Shown here: one piece after another, positions 11,149 to 22,493 of the stretch
Numbering within the stretch: the first letter of the stretch is position 1
Layout of the letters: every line of letters begins with the position of its first letter
Source: Mobula hypostoma
Taxonomy: Eukaryota
DNA: 64,000 bases
Assembly: GCF_963921235.1 (NCBI RefSeq)
Contig: NC_086097.1
Coordinates: 197,534,001 to 197,598,000 of the forward strand
Reading direction: 5' to 3'
Position numbers and translations under genes: made by a program
The notes under the pieces: generated by a model
Told to the model about the DNA's origin: nothing
The model's input: only the letters and a program-made list of their open reading frames with translations
Database searches by the model: none

Positions 11149-14049
11149 CCGTATGGGACAGACCAATTTAGCTCAATATAAGGGATGTCCCGGCTAATAT
11201 GGGACAGTTGGCAATCCTACTTACTGACAGACACCTCACAGACTGTCTCAAATTGGCTGTCTGTAGTTATGAGCCAAATTTCAGGGAACTCGCAGGAAGA
11301 ATTCAGCCCCAGTCATCACACTGAGTGCAACAGTCAATTTTTATTCATTTATTTTTCGTGTTGAAATAAATTTAAATAATGAAACATAGAATTAAAGGTG
11401 TTGTAATGTGAACATTATAAAAATAAGTAATACTAATTATGATAGTATTTCCGGGTTGCAGGGTTTTACTTCCGGTCTTTTTTACCGCTGTGCATGGCAG
11501 GGGAGCTACACACAAGCACACTGGGCAGAAAGAATGGAACTAAAACCCTGCAGCCCGGAAACAATCTCTCTTTACAAACAGCTTTCAGTAGCGGAAGTAT
11601 TGCTATATTACCATTATCCTAATTAGTATTACTTACACTATAGTTCTTTTTACCAAAATGCATTATCATACATTTCTCAACACTGTGTTCCATTTGCCAC
11701 ATTTCTGCCCATTCTTCCAATTTGTCCAAATCTAGCTGCACTACCTACCCTCCACCTATCTCCATATTATCTGCAAATTTTACCACATAGCATCAATTCC
11801 ATTATTTAAATTATTGACAATGTGAAAAGTAGCGGTCCCAATACTGGCCCCTGAGGAACACCACTAGTCACTGGCATCCAACCAGGAAAGGCTCCCTTTA
11901 TTCCTACTTGCTGCCTCTTGCCTGTCAGCCTTTCCTCTGCCCATGCCAGTATCTTTCCTGTAACGCCATAGGATCTTATTTTGGTAAGCAGCCTTGTGTA
12001 TGGCACCTTATCAAATACCTTCTGAAAATCTAAGTAAATGACATCCATGGCTTCTCCTTTGTCCACCCTGCTTGTTACCCTTCTTGAAGAACTCTTAACA
12101 GATTTGTCAGACGAGATTTCCCTTTACAGAAACCATGCTGTCTTTGACTTATTTTATCATTAATTTCCAAGTACCCTGAAACCTCATCCTTATTAATAGA
12201 CTCCAGGACTTTTCCAACCACTGAGGTCAGTCTAAAAAGTTTCCTTTTTTTTTTGCCTCCCTCCCTTCTTATGGTGGAGTGACATTTGCAATCTTCCAGT
12301 CCTCTGGGACCATGCCAGAATCAAACGATTCTGGAAAGATTATAACCAATGCATCCACTATCTCTTCAGCAACCTCTCTCAGGATGTTGTCCATCTGGTC
12401 CATGTGACTTATCCATCTTCAGACCTTTCCCTTTGCCTAGCATTGTTTCCCTTGTGATAGCACTGGCACTCATTCCTGCTCCCTGACACTCAGACTTCTG
12501 GCACACTGCTAGTGTCCTCCACAGAAAAACTGATGCAAAGTACCATTAAGCTCTTCTGCCATTTCTTTGTCCCCCATTACCTCCTCACCAGTGTCATTTT
12601 CCAGAGGTCCATTATCAACTCTCACCTCCGTTCTACTCCTTATATAACTGAAAAAACTTTTAGTATGCTGCTTTATATTATTGGCTAGTTTGCCCTCATA
12701 TTTCATCTTTTTCCTTCTTATAACTTTTTAGTTGCCTTTTGTTTGATTTTAAAAGCCTACTGATCATTCAACTTCCCACTCACGTTTGCTACTTAAAATG
12801 CCCTTTCCTTAGCTTTTATTAATTTCCCTTCTCAGCCATGATTGCCTACCCCAGCCATTTGAGAACAACTTCTGTGGGACATATCTATCCTGTGCTTTGT
12901 GAACTATTCCCAGAAACTTCTGTCATCTCTGCTCTGCTGCCATCCTTCCTAGTATCCTCCTCCAACCAACCTGGGCAAACTGCTCTCTCATGCTTTGTAA
13001 TTACCTTTATTCTATGGCGATACTGATATATGTGACTTATGCTTCTTCCTCTCAAATTGCAGTGTGAATTGAATCATAATATGATCACTGTCTCTTATGG
13101 TTCCTTTACATGAAGGTCCCTAATAAGATCTGGGTTATTACACAACACCCAATCCAAGGTGACCTTTCCCTGAGTAGGCTAAAGCACAAGCTGCTCTAAA
13201 AAAACCATCTTGTAGGTATTCAACAAATTTCCTCTCTTGCAACTGACACCAACCTGATTCTTCCAAACCCCTTTCATATTGAAGCTCCCCCCACCATTGC
13301 AATTGTTACATTACCCTTCTTACATGCTTTTTCCAGCTCCCTTTACAATGTCAAACCAACATCTTGGCTACTATTTGGAGGCCTGTATGTCATTCCCATA
13401 ATGTTTTTTTAACACTTGCAGTTTCTTAGCTCCATCCACAAAGATTCAACATTCTCTGACCCTATGTCACCTCTTTTTAAACATGTAATTCCGTCTCTTA
13501 CCAACAGAGGCATACCACTGCCTTTGCCTTCCTGCCTGTCCTTTTGGTACAAAGTATTTTCTTTCATGTTAAGCTCCCAGCTGCTGTGTCCTTCTTTCAG
13601 CCATGACTGACCAATCTCCGATTGCACCACGAGTTTGTCCTCCTTATTTCAAATGCTATGCTCATTTAAATGCAGCACCCTCAGTCCTGCATTCTTTGCC
13701 CTTTTTGCCTCTGTGGTACAATTTAGCTCTTTGCTCTTTGTTTATTTGTACGCAATCATTGCTTGTCTTCACTTGCATTCATGTTATAGCCATCATCTAC
13801 TTGTAAACTTGCTGGCTAATTCTCAGCTCTATCATACTGGTCCCCATCCCCTTGCCATATTAATTGGACTAGACTGAATCAATTCCAACAGCTCCAGTAA
13901 ACCTGCCTGCAAATGTATTAGTCCCCCTCGGATTCAAGTGCAACCTCTCCCTTTTGTACAGGCCCCACTTACCCCAGGAAAGGTCACAACTATCCAGAAA
14001 TCTGAATCCCTGCCCCCTGCTCCAGTCTTCAGCAATACATTTATCTGTT

Positions 14050-14517
14050 GGTGTCTGCCACCCGCAGCAGGCTGAGAGTGGCAGACACCAACAGAATCAA
14101 CAAACTCATTCATAAGGCCAGTGATGTTGTGGGGATGGAACTGGACTCTCTCACAGTGGTGTCTGAAAAGAGGATGCTGTCTAAGTTGCATGCCATCTTG
14201 GTCAATGTCTCCCATCCACTACATAATGTACTGGGTGGGCACAGGAGTACATTCAGCCAGAGACTCATTCCACCGAGATGCTGCACTGAGCGTCATAGGA
14301 AGTCATTCCTGCCTGTGGCCATCAAACTTTACAACTCCTCCCTTGGAGGGTCAGACATCCTGAGCCAATAGGCTGGTCCTGGACTTATTTCATAATTTAC
14401 ATTTTACATTTAACTATTTATGGTTCTATTACTATTTACTATTTATGGAGCAACTGTAACGAAAACCAATTTCCCCCGGGTTCAATAAAGTATGACTATG
14501 TCTATGACTATGACTAT
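14050..14517 (+). mobile_element. Rex1/Babar-type LINE 3' end
   Basis: The ORF reads ...SHPLH...RLIPPRCCTERHRKSFLPVAIKLYN. AATAAA is followed by a (TATGAC)n tail. TATCTG is present at both flanks. Confidence 0.8.
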
Positions 14518-14989
14518 CTGCCACTTCATTCCATTCCTGTTCTCTGTCATGTGGCACAGGCAGTGATGCCAAGATTACTACCCTTGAGGTCCTGCTTCTC
14601 AACTTCCTTCTTAACTCCCTGTATTCTGTTTTCAGGACCCCTCCTCTTTTCTACGGATGTCGTTGGTACCAATGTGTATCACAGCTTATGGCTGCTCACC
14701 CTCCCTTTTCAGGGTATTGTGGACGCGTTCTGAAACATCGTGGACTCTGACACCTAGGAGGCAAACTATCACCCATGTTTCCTTTTTACGTCCACAGAAT
14801 TGCTTATCTGTCCCCCTAACTATAGAGTCCCTTATTACTGAAGAATCTGATCCTCTTCAGATCCCTCCCCTTCTGAGCCACAGTGCCTGAGGCTTGGCCA
14901 CTGCTTTTCCCCCCAGGTAGGTTCCTCTTCCCTCCACCCCCTCAACAGTACAACCTACCAGGGAGAGATCAGTGGGGAGGGATGAATAG

Positions 14990-16015
14990 ACAATGGAGTC
15001 ATGTCGAGAGCAATCCCTGCAGAAAATGAGGAAGAAGGGAAAGTGTTAGGAGGCCTTTGGAGATGGTGGAAATTATGTAAAGTGATGTGCTGAATATCGA
15101 GGCTTGTTGGGTCGTAAGTAAGGAGAATGGGAGCACTATCCCTGTTATGGTGACAAAAGGATGGGGTGAGTGCCCGATGTGTGGGAGATGGAGGAGAATA
15201 TGGTTGAGGGTTAAAAGTGAAACTGTTTTTTGAAAAAAAGAGGACATCTCGGATGCTCTAGAATGCAAGGCCTCATCCTGAGAGAAAACACAGCAGGGAT
15301 AGAGATATTGAGAGAAGGAAATGGCATTTTTGCAAGTGACTTCCTCATACATTTGTTCCTCTCCACTGGTCTCCTTGCTGCGACTGTGACACGTGCTATA
15401 CTTGCCCATGCAGTCTCTACATTAGTGGGACCTGACGCAGATTGGGGGAAACACTTCATTGAGCTCCTTTGCTCTGTCCACCTCAACAGCCAAGATGTCC
15501 TGTTGACCATCCATTTTGACATGTCTGTCCATGGCTACCTCTACTGCTCTGATGAGGCCAAACTGAGTTTGGAGGAGTAACGCCTCATATTTTGTTTTAA
15601 GTAGCCTTCAACCTGATGCCATGAACATTCATTTCTCCAACTTCCAGTAATCACTTCCCTCTATTTTCCCCATTGCCTATTCTGCTTTCTCTTTGCCTGT
15701 CCCACCCTCATGACCTGCCCATCATCCCTCTGTGGTTCCCCACCTGTCCTTTATCCATGCTCCACTGCTCTCTCCTATTAGATCCCTTCTTCAGTCATTT
15801 ACCTCTTCCATTTACACCTTCCAGGTTCTTTCATAATTGTCCTTCCTCCACCTGCCCACCTTCCCTCTCATCTGTTCTCACGTAGCATCTGCCCGATTGT
15901 ACTCCTCCCCTCCACCTTATTTTGGGGTCTGCCTGCTCCTTTCCTTTCATGTCCAGATGAAGGGTCTTGGCCTGAAATATTGACACCATAGATGCTGGCT
16001 GACCGCCTGAGTTCC
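14990..16015. mobile_element. Degenerate Penelope-like element: RT thumb/linker inverted (minus), GIY-YIG and 3' end (plus)
   Basis: The minus strand reads CKNAISFSQY...SQDEALHSRASEMSSFF. The plus strand has GIY-YIG remnants (LYI..., HFIELL, LEE...LIF, QPD.MNI.FSNF). A hammerhead-like motif lies at 15954. Confidence 0.75.
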
Positions 16016-16769
16016 TTTAAACATCCCTTCCTTCTACGAGGCCAACCAAAGGTATTACTGTCTTTTTCAAACATCTTTAAAAATCGCAAGATGCTACTGG
16101 ACCTCAAGAATTTAAAGTACTGCTGGTCTACCCCATCAGTGAGTTGTTCGTTGGCTGAGAAACTGAAAAAGCTGGACTTTGTGCGGACCATGCTGCTGTC
16201 TGCTACAGGCATTGGAATTGGTGTGTGAAGGCGGTGTGCACTCAGACAATGTGTGATTGTCTTAGTTGCTTTTCTTGTTATCGCAAGACCCTGTTGGACA
16301 TTGATAATGTGGAATGGTGCAAGTCTGGTTCACTAATTTATGGCGAATGGCAGGAGTGGCTTTGTCTGCAGTGAGGATTAGTTTTTATTTCAAGGTGTTG
16401 TCTGTTTGCAACTTTCAGGGGAGGGGTGTCTGAGTTGGTGTCAGAGGTGTTGGTGCTGCCCTCCTGTTTTCACTTAGCAGAAGACAAGCTGTACTGTTTT
16501 TGATGGCAGACTGCTGCAAGCTTCATGGAGTCAGAGTCTTGGACTTTTTTTGTGACTGTATTTTATAGCTATCTTATATGTGCTATACGTGCTTTGTGCT
16601 GTGCATGACTGTTGGTGCTCTGTTTGGTCCCAGAGCAATGCTGTTCCATTTGGCTGTATTCATGTATGGTTAAATGGCAATTGAAGTTCAACGTAAACTT
16701 AACAAAATGTCAACATTCCTGGCAACATGCCTGCAAATCTGCTCTGTACACTGTTTGGTGCTGTTACAC

Positions 16770-17742
16770 CATTTAGTGCGCATACGCCGGTGATGCATGC
16801 AGCCTGTTACAGCCGTTCCGATTGGATTCTTACTTTTTTCTTCTTACTTTTTAACTTACGTTATTTTTTGTATTTTTTTTTCACGGTAACACGTCGAAGC
16901 TGCACCCTCTCTAACATGCTGGCAGAGAGAGTTTTATTTGGGTTTTTAGCGCTGGAAATAGTTACATCCCGACATGTGGGACAGAAGCATGGTCACATTG
17001 TTCATTCCAGGGACCAGCTGCTTGCGCTAATGCCGGCCGGTTTAGCGAGCAGAGCGGCGGTCACCCCTGCTGAAATCTGGAGGAAAACACACAGAGGATG
17101 CAGAAGGGGATCACAAAGTCGAGGAAAGAAGACCGGGTCGAGACAACAGAGACTTATGGAGAAGAGGAGTTCGGTGGGTAATAAAATGGACGAGTTCATG
17201 GCACTAGCCAGGCGTCAGAGAACATTTCGGGAGTGCACTGTTATGTGTTTTACTGGAACGGGGCTGCACGAGGACATACCTGATCAAAACTTCTCCATGG
17301 ACGGCTCCCAGACTGTTCGGGCTGACCGGAAATGCACTGAGAGCGGCAAGCGTAAAGGATTTGGGTGCTTAATGTTCTGGTTAACAACAGATGGTGCAAT
17401 CTGGGTCATATTACGATCGAGGAATGTGTTTGTAGACCGGATATTGAACATTTTACTGTTGGACTTCGGCCACATTCCACCGAGATATAACACTGGGCGG
17501 CACGGGAGGTCGTTTCTGCCTGTGGCCATCGAACTTGCAGCTCCTCCCGTGGAGGGTCAGACACTCTGAGCCAATAGGCTGGTCCTGGACTTTTTTCCAT
17601 CTGGCATAGTTTGCATTTTGTTGTTTGATTGTTTGTGGTTTTTGTATTGCTATATTTATGCTCTGTTCTTGGTTGGTGCGGCTGTAACGAAACCCAATTT
17701 CTCTTGGGATCAATAAATAAATCTATCTATCTGTCTATCTAT
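16770..17742 (+). mobile_element. Internally deleted, non-autonomous Rex1/Babar LINE derivative, copy 1
   Basis: The 5' region and endonuclease N-terminus (NKMDE, CFT.T.L, RADR..ESGKRKG) are joined near 17470 directly to the 3' end (HIPPR...SFLPVAI). It ends in AATAAA and a (CTAT)n tail. Confidence 0.82.
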
Positions 17743-17856
17743 TATATCCTTCCTATAATAAGACCAGCACCATGTTCAGTAAATGTGCAAAATCTTAAGA
17801 CATTATAAAGGTAATTTTTTTGATATATTTGACATTCAGTGACATTCATTCAGTGT

Positions 17857-18167
17857 GGGCGCGTGGCCAAGTGGTTAAGGCATTGGACTAGTGACCTGAA
17901 GGTCGTGAGTCCGAGCTCCAGCTGAGGGAATGTGTTGTGTCCTTGAGCCAGGCACTTAATCACACATTGCTCTGCGATGACACTGGTGCCAAGCTGTATG
18001 GGTTCTAATGCCCTTCCCTTGGACAACATTGGTGTCGTGGAGAGGGGAGACTTGCAGCATGGGCAACTGCTGGTCTTCCATACAACCTTGCCCAGGCCTG
18101 CGCCCTGGAGAGTGAAGACTTTTCAGGCGCAGATCCATGGTCCCTCAAGACTAACGGATGCCTTTAT
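17857..18167 (+). mobile_element. tRNA-derived SINE with CORE-like body
   Basis: The A box is TGGCCAAGTGG and the degenerate B box is GTCCGAGC. The CORE-like segment is TGTGTCCTTGAGCCAGGCACTTAA. A flanking direct repeat TATTTGACATTC lies at 17826-17837 and 18168-18179. Confidence 0.85.
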
Positions 18168-19159
18168 TATTTGACATTCTGTTTTCATTATTGTCGTAAA
18201 TCTTTTGCTAAATCTGGGTATTGAATTTTAAATGATCAAGATTTGGGAACAAGGACATTATTGAAGGCTGTGTTAAACCTACATCTTTCTCCCAATTTGT
18301 CAAGACAAATTTAAGAAGTTTTTCTGAGCCACTTGATAGATTACAAGATTTGAATAAACTTTGCTGCTACTTTATATTGATTCACATGTTCTTTAAAAAA
18401 AAATAAATGATCAACTTTGCTTTTCCTGACAATGAGTGCAGTGCATAATTTAGGTAGGTAGCAACCTCTTAACTACCTTTCTAAAGGGAGACTCATAGCT
18501 TTTTCTATTTTTGTTGGGATATATGCTGAAAGCCAAGATCTGTGACATGCTGATAATGTAATGTAGGCTGTTTTATTTATCTTTAAAATGTAAATTTATA
18601 ATACCAGTACTTGTGATCTTATTCAGTTTTCAGAAATGGAAATGGTAAATCACTGGCAGTTTATTATAAATTAAAATGAACTGACAAATCTTTCATTTAC
18701 ATTCATAGTAAATCAGATACTAAGTTCTCCAGCTGAGATGAATGATATTCCGGTCAGCATTTTTTATTGATGAGAAATATTTTTGAGCTAGTGTGCTATA
18801 TCAGCATATCTGTTTTGCTCTATGTTGCCGCTAATAGAACACAATGAGTTCAAAGTTGAAATTGGAGAATGTTGCCTTTAGAATGTCTACTGCAACATTG
18901 GGAGAGGAGGGAGAGTGCTCCCAGGATCTCAGAAAGATTTAAAAATCTTGGTGGAAAACATTAATCATGTGAAGTATGTCTATTCCAACACAGAGATCCT
19001 CCAGAACTAACAGCTAAGTGCTTCTGGTAACCAGTTGCTAAGGGTGGTCTCCATAAGGAGTAACTGATGGAGTTCAAGTTTTGAATGCCTATGCTTTTGA
19101 AAAGTCTGCAGCGGTAGCACATTTTCTTACCTTTTCCTGTGGGATGGGAATAACATAGT

Positions 19160-19845
19160 GTCTTCCCTCCAAGCTGTTCGCCAAACTTCGCCAGCTTGGT
19201 ATCAGCTCATCCATCTGCAATTGGACCTTGGAGTTTCTGACTAACAGACCCCAATCGGTTAAGTCAAACAACCTCTCCTCCTTCACTCTCACCCTGAACA
19301 CCGGCGTGCCTCAAGGCTGTGTGCTGAGCCCTCTTCTGTACTCCCTTTTCACCTATGACTGCGTTCCTGTGCATGGATCTAGCTCCATAATCAAGTTCGC
19401 AGATGACACCACGGTGATTGGCCTGATCAGAAGGGATGACAAGACAGCCTACAGGGACGAGGTCCAGCACCTGGCCACGTGGTGTGCCAAGAACAACCTG
19501 GCCCTTAACACCCAAAAGACCAAGGAGATCATTATGGACTTCAGGCATGCTAGGACACACACTCACATCCCCATCTACATCAACGGAGCTGTAGTAGAGA
19601 GTATATCAAGCTTCAAATTCCTTGGTGTCTACATTTCCGAGGATCTCATCTGGTCCCTGAACTCCTCCATCCTGATCAAAAAGGTGCAACAGCGCCTTTA
19701 TTTCCTGCGGAGCATCAAGAAAGCTCACCTCTGTCCCATGATACTGATGGACTTTTACTGCTGTACCATTGAGAGCATACTCACCAACTGCATCTCAGTG
19801 TGGTATGGCAATTGTCCTGTATCGGACCACAAAGCACTCCAGCAT
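19160..19845 (+). mobile_element. Rex1/Babar-type LINE RT fragment
   Basis: ORF 19228-19863 contains [25 protein letters not shown] and FKFLGV. Confidence 0.85.
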
Positions 19846-20059
19846 GCTCAACTAGGACAGTAGAGATGCCAGACAGGATAGTGGAACACTCCTTTTGCAG
19901 GATGTGGGAAGGCAGGGAGACCTTTAGTGTCCTTGACAACTATGACTGCAAAAAGTATATCCAGCTGCAGCTTCTAACAATCTGCCTTAAGGATTTGGAG
20001 CTGGAACTGGATGAACTCTGGATCTTTCGGGAGGCTGAGGGGGTGATAGAGAGGTAGTT

Positions 20060-20697
20060 ATATAGATAGATAGATAGATATATTTTATTGATCCTGAGGG
20101 AAATTGGGTTTCATTACAGCTGCACCAACCAAGAATAGAGCATAAATATAGCAACACAAAAACCACAAACAATCAAACAACAATATGTAAACTATGCCAG
20201 ATGGAAATAAGTCCAGGACCAGCCTATTGGCTCAGGGTGTCTGACCCTCCACGGGAGGAGCTGCAAAATTCGATGGCCACAGGCAGGAATAACCTCCCAT
20301 GACGCTCAGTGTTGTATCTTGGTGGAATATGGCCGGAGTACAATATCCGGTCTACAAACACGTTCCTTGATCGTAATATGACCAGGATTGCACCATCCGT
20401 TGTTAACCAGAACAGCAAGCCCCCAACTCCTTTACGCTTACCGCTCTCAGTGCACTTCCAGTCAGCCCGAACGGTCTGGAAGCCCTCCATGGAAAAGTTT
20501 TGGTTGGGTATGTCCTCGTGCAGCCCCGTTTCAGTAAAACACATAATACTGCACTCTTGAAATGTTCTCTGACTCCTGGCTAGCGCCGTTAGCTCATCCA
20601 TTTTATTACCCACCAAACTCCTCTTCTCCATAAGTCTCTGTTGTCTCGACTGGTCCTCTTTCCTCGCCTTTGTGATCCCTCTCTGCATCCTCTGTGT
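20060..20697 (-). mobile_element. Internally deleted Rex1/Babar derivative, copy 2 (5'-truncated)
   Basis: It has the same endonuclease-to-3'-end junction (CGGCCATATTCCACC) and the same 3' UTR and (CTAT)n tail as 16770-17742. Confidence 0.85.
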
Positions 20698-21166
20698 ATG
20701 CAAGGTGCAGGACACAGGAGACTGTGTGACAGTGAGGAAGTGGAAAGGGGTTAAGGTGCCAGTGCAGAGTACCACTGTGGCTTTCCTACTCAACAACAGG
20801 TATATCACTTTAGATGGTGTTGGGGGAAGGGGGGCTGAGAATGTCCTAACAGAGGAGAGTCACAGTGGTCGGATCTCTGGCATTAAGTCTGTCTCTGTGA
20901 CTCAGAAGGGAAGGAGAGAGAAGAGGTACGTTGTGGTGTAAAGGGGATTCGTTAGTCAGGGGAATGGATAGGAGGTTCTGTCAAGATTCCCAGATGGTAT
21001 GTTGCTTCCTGGTGCCAGAGTCAGAAAATCTTGGGTCAAGTCCTCAACAGTCTTAAGTGGGAGGGTGAACAGCCAGAAGTCATGGTCCAGGTAGGTACCA
21101 ATGACATGGGAAGGATGAATGACTAGGTTCTGCACAGGGAGCTCAGATTTAGGTGCTCGGTTAAAG

Positions 21167-22493
21167 CAGGAGATCCCAACCTTTTTTTGCACTGCGGACC
21201 AGTTTAATATTGGCAATATTCTTGCGGACCGGCCGACCCGGGGGTGGGGGGGTGGTGTAGGGTTGCCAATGGACAAGAGTAGCAGTCAAATACGTTGTGT
21301 TCACCCAGAGAAAGACTACAATGACCATGAAGCCTTGCGCGGGCACCAGTGTGCATGCGTGACCTGCCCACGTGTGTACCTGCTAATTTTTTCCCCTGCA
21401 AATCGTTTTTGGTGATTCTGCTCGGGGGGGGGGGGGGTTGTTAATCACGACCGGAATATAGGTGAGAAGTGGCTAATACACTCAATTTTGTTTGTAAAAG
21501 GGTCTATCTAACGAATTTAATATTAAACACACAGCGTATATTTTCCTTGCATGAATATAATGATAAGTCAGTTATCAGGGGAGGACAGGGGAGCTGGAAG
21601 TAAGTGTTGAACGAACTTCCAGTAGAAGTGGTAGAGGCAGGTTCGATATTATCATTTAAAGAAAAATTGGATCGGTATATGGACAGGAAAGGAATGGAAG
21701 GTTATGGGCTGAGTGCAGGTCGGTGAGACTAGGTGAAAGAAGCGTTCGGCACGGACTAGAAGGGCCGAGATGGCCTGTTTCCGTGCTGTAATTGTTATAT
21801 GATTATATAAGTAAGTTAATAGCATCATAACATTTTAAGTAACGTTTGGACATGAAACACACAGCACATATTTTCCCCGTATGAACATATAAAATCATTG
21901 CACACACCAATATCGCTGAATAAGTGGGAGCCCTGGGCTTGTTTCCCCGCAACAAGACGGTCCTATCGAGGGGTGACGGGAGACAGTGATACTCGAAGGG
22001 GGTTCCTTATGTCCAGTCTATTCTGCAATTTAGTTTTTGTTGCATTCATTGCAGAAAACTCCGCTTCGCAGAAAAATGTTGGAAATGGAAGCAACGTTTT
22101 CGGTGCTTTCGTGGCTATCTCAGGATATTTAGCCTTGACTTTGGTCCAGAATACCGGCAGAGATGTTATGTCAAACATACTTTTCAGCCCGCCATCATTT
22201 GCAAGCTCGAGGAGTTGATCTCCTTCCCGCGCTGATATGGATGATGTGTGTGTAATGACCTTGCATGCGTAATGGCTCAACAGTGGCCGTGACAAGGAAT
22301 GAGGAAAGGTTTCCTCGCGGCCCGGCAGGGAATGAGGAAAGGTGCCGCTGACAGGGAAAGGTGCCGCCTGTGACAGGGAATGAGGAAAGGTGCAGCTGAC
22401 TCATATTGCCAAATCATATCGTTTCCTCATGGCCCAGTAGCAAATGCTTTGCGGCCCGGTACCGGTCCGTGGCCCGGTGGTTGGGGACCGCTG
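21167..22493 (-). mobile_element. hAT family B copy 3, both ends intact, carrying a CR1 3' end
   Basis: The TIRs are CAGGAGATCCCAACC and GGTTGGGGACCGCTG. The TSD is GGTTAAAG/AGTTAAAG (7/8). A transposase C-terminal remnant lies at 21963-22295 and a CR1 3' end at about 21600-21810. Confidence 0.92.

Larger units (their letters stand above)
9963..11219. mobile_element. hAT MITE family A (TAGGGTTGCCA termini)
   Basis: The TIRs are TAGGGTTGCCAACT and AGTTGGCAATCCTA. The TSD CTTACTGA is perfect (9955-9962, 11220-11227). Confidence 0.92.
9226..11635. mobile_element. Outer hAT-like element hosting nested hATs; right end unresolved
   Basis: It starts TAATGGTCGCCAACCTTTTT after GTCTACAC (Charlie-type target). 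It has an internal direct repeat, GTATTGCTATATTACCATTATCCTAATT, near 9632 and 11597. The CR1 resumes near 11636. Confidence 0.55.
9120..14950 (-). mobile_element. Old CR1 (ORF2 and ORF1 remnants) split by a hAT nest (9226-11635) and a Rex 3' end (14050-14517)
   Basis: Minus ORFs 11806-12066 (YLDFQKVFDKVP, GVPQG), 12509-12706 and 13409-13630 are CR1. The sequence resumes colinearly after each insertion. Confidence 0.8.

Noticed and set aside
16727..17569. 280-aa ORF as a novel host protein
   Set aside because: It is read-through across flank, LINE 5' region, partial endonuclease and LINE 3' end. Frames differ between the two copies.
17857..17930. Functional tRNA gene (also 29613 and 31566)
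   Set aside because: There is no convincing acceptor stem or terminator. The sequence continues into a SINE body, with a TSD in the first case.
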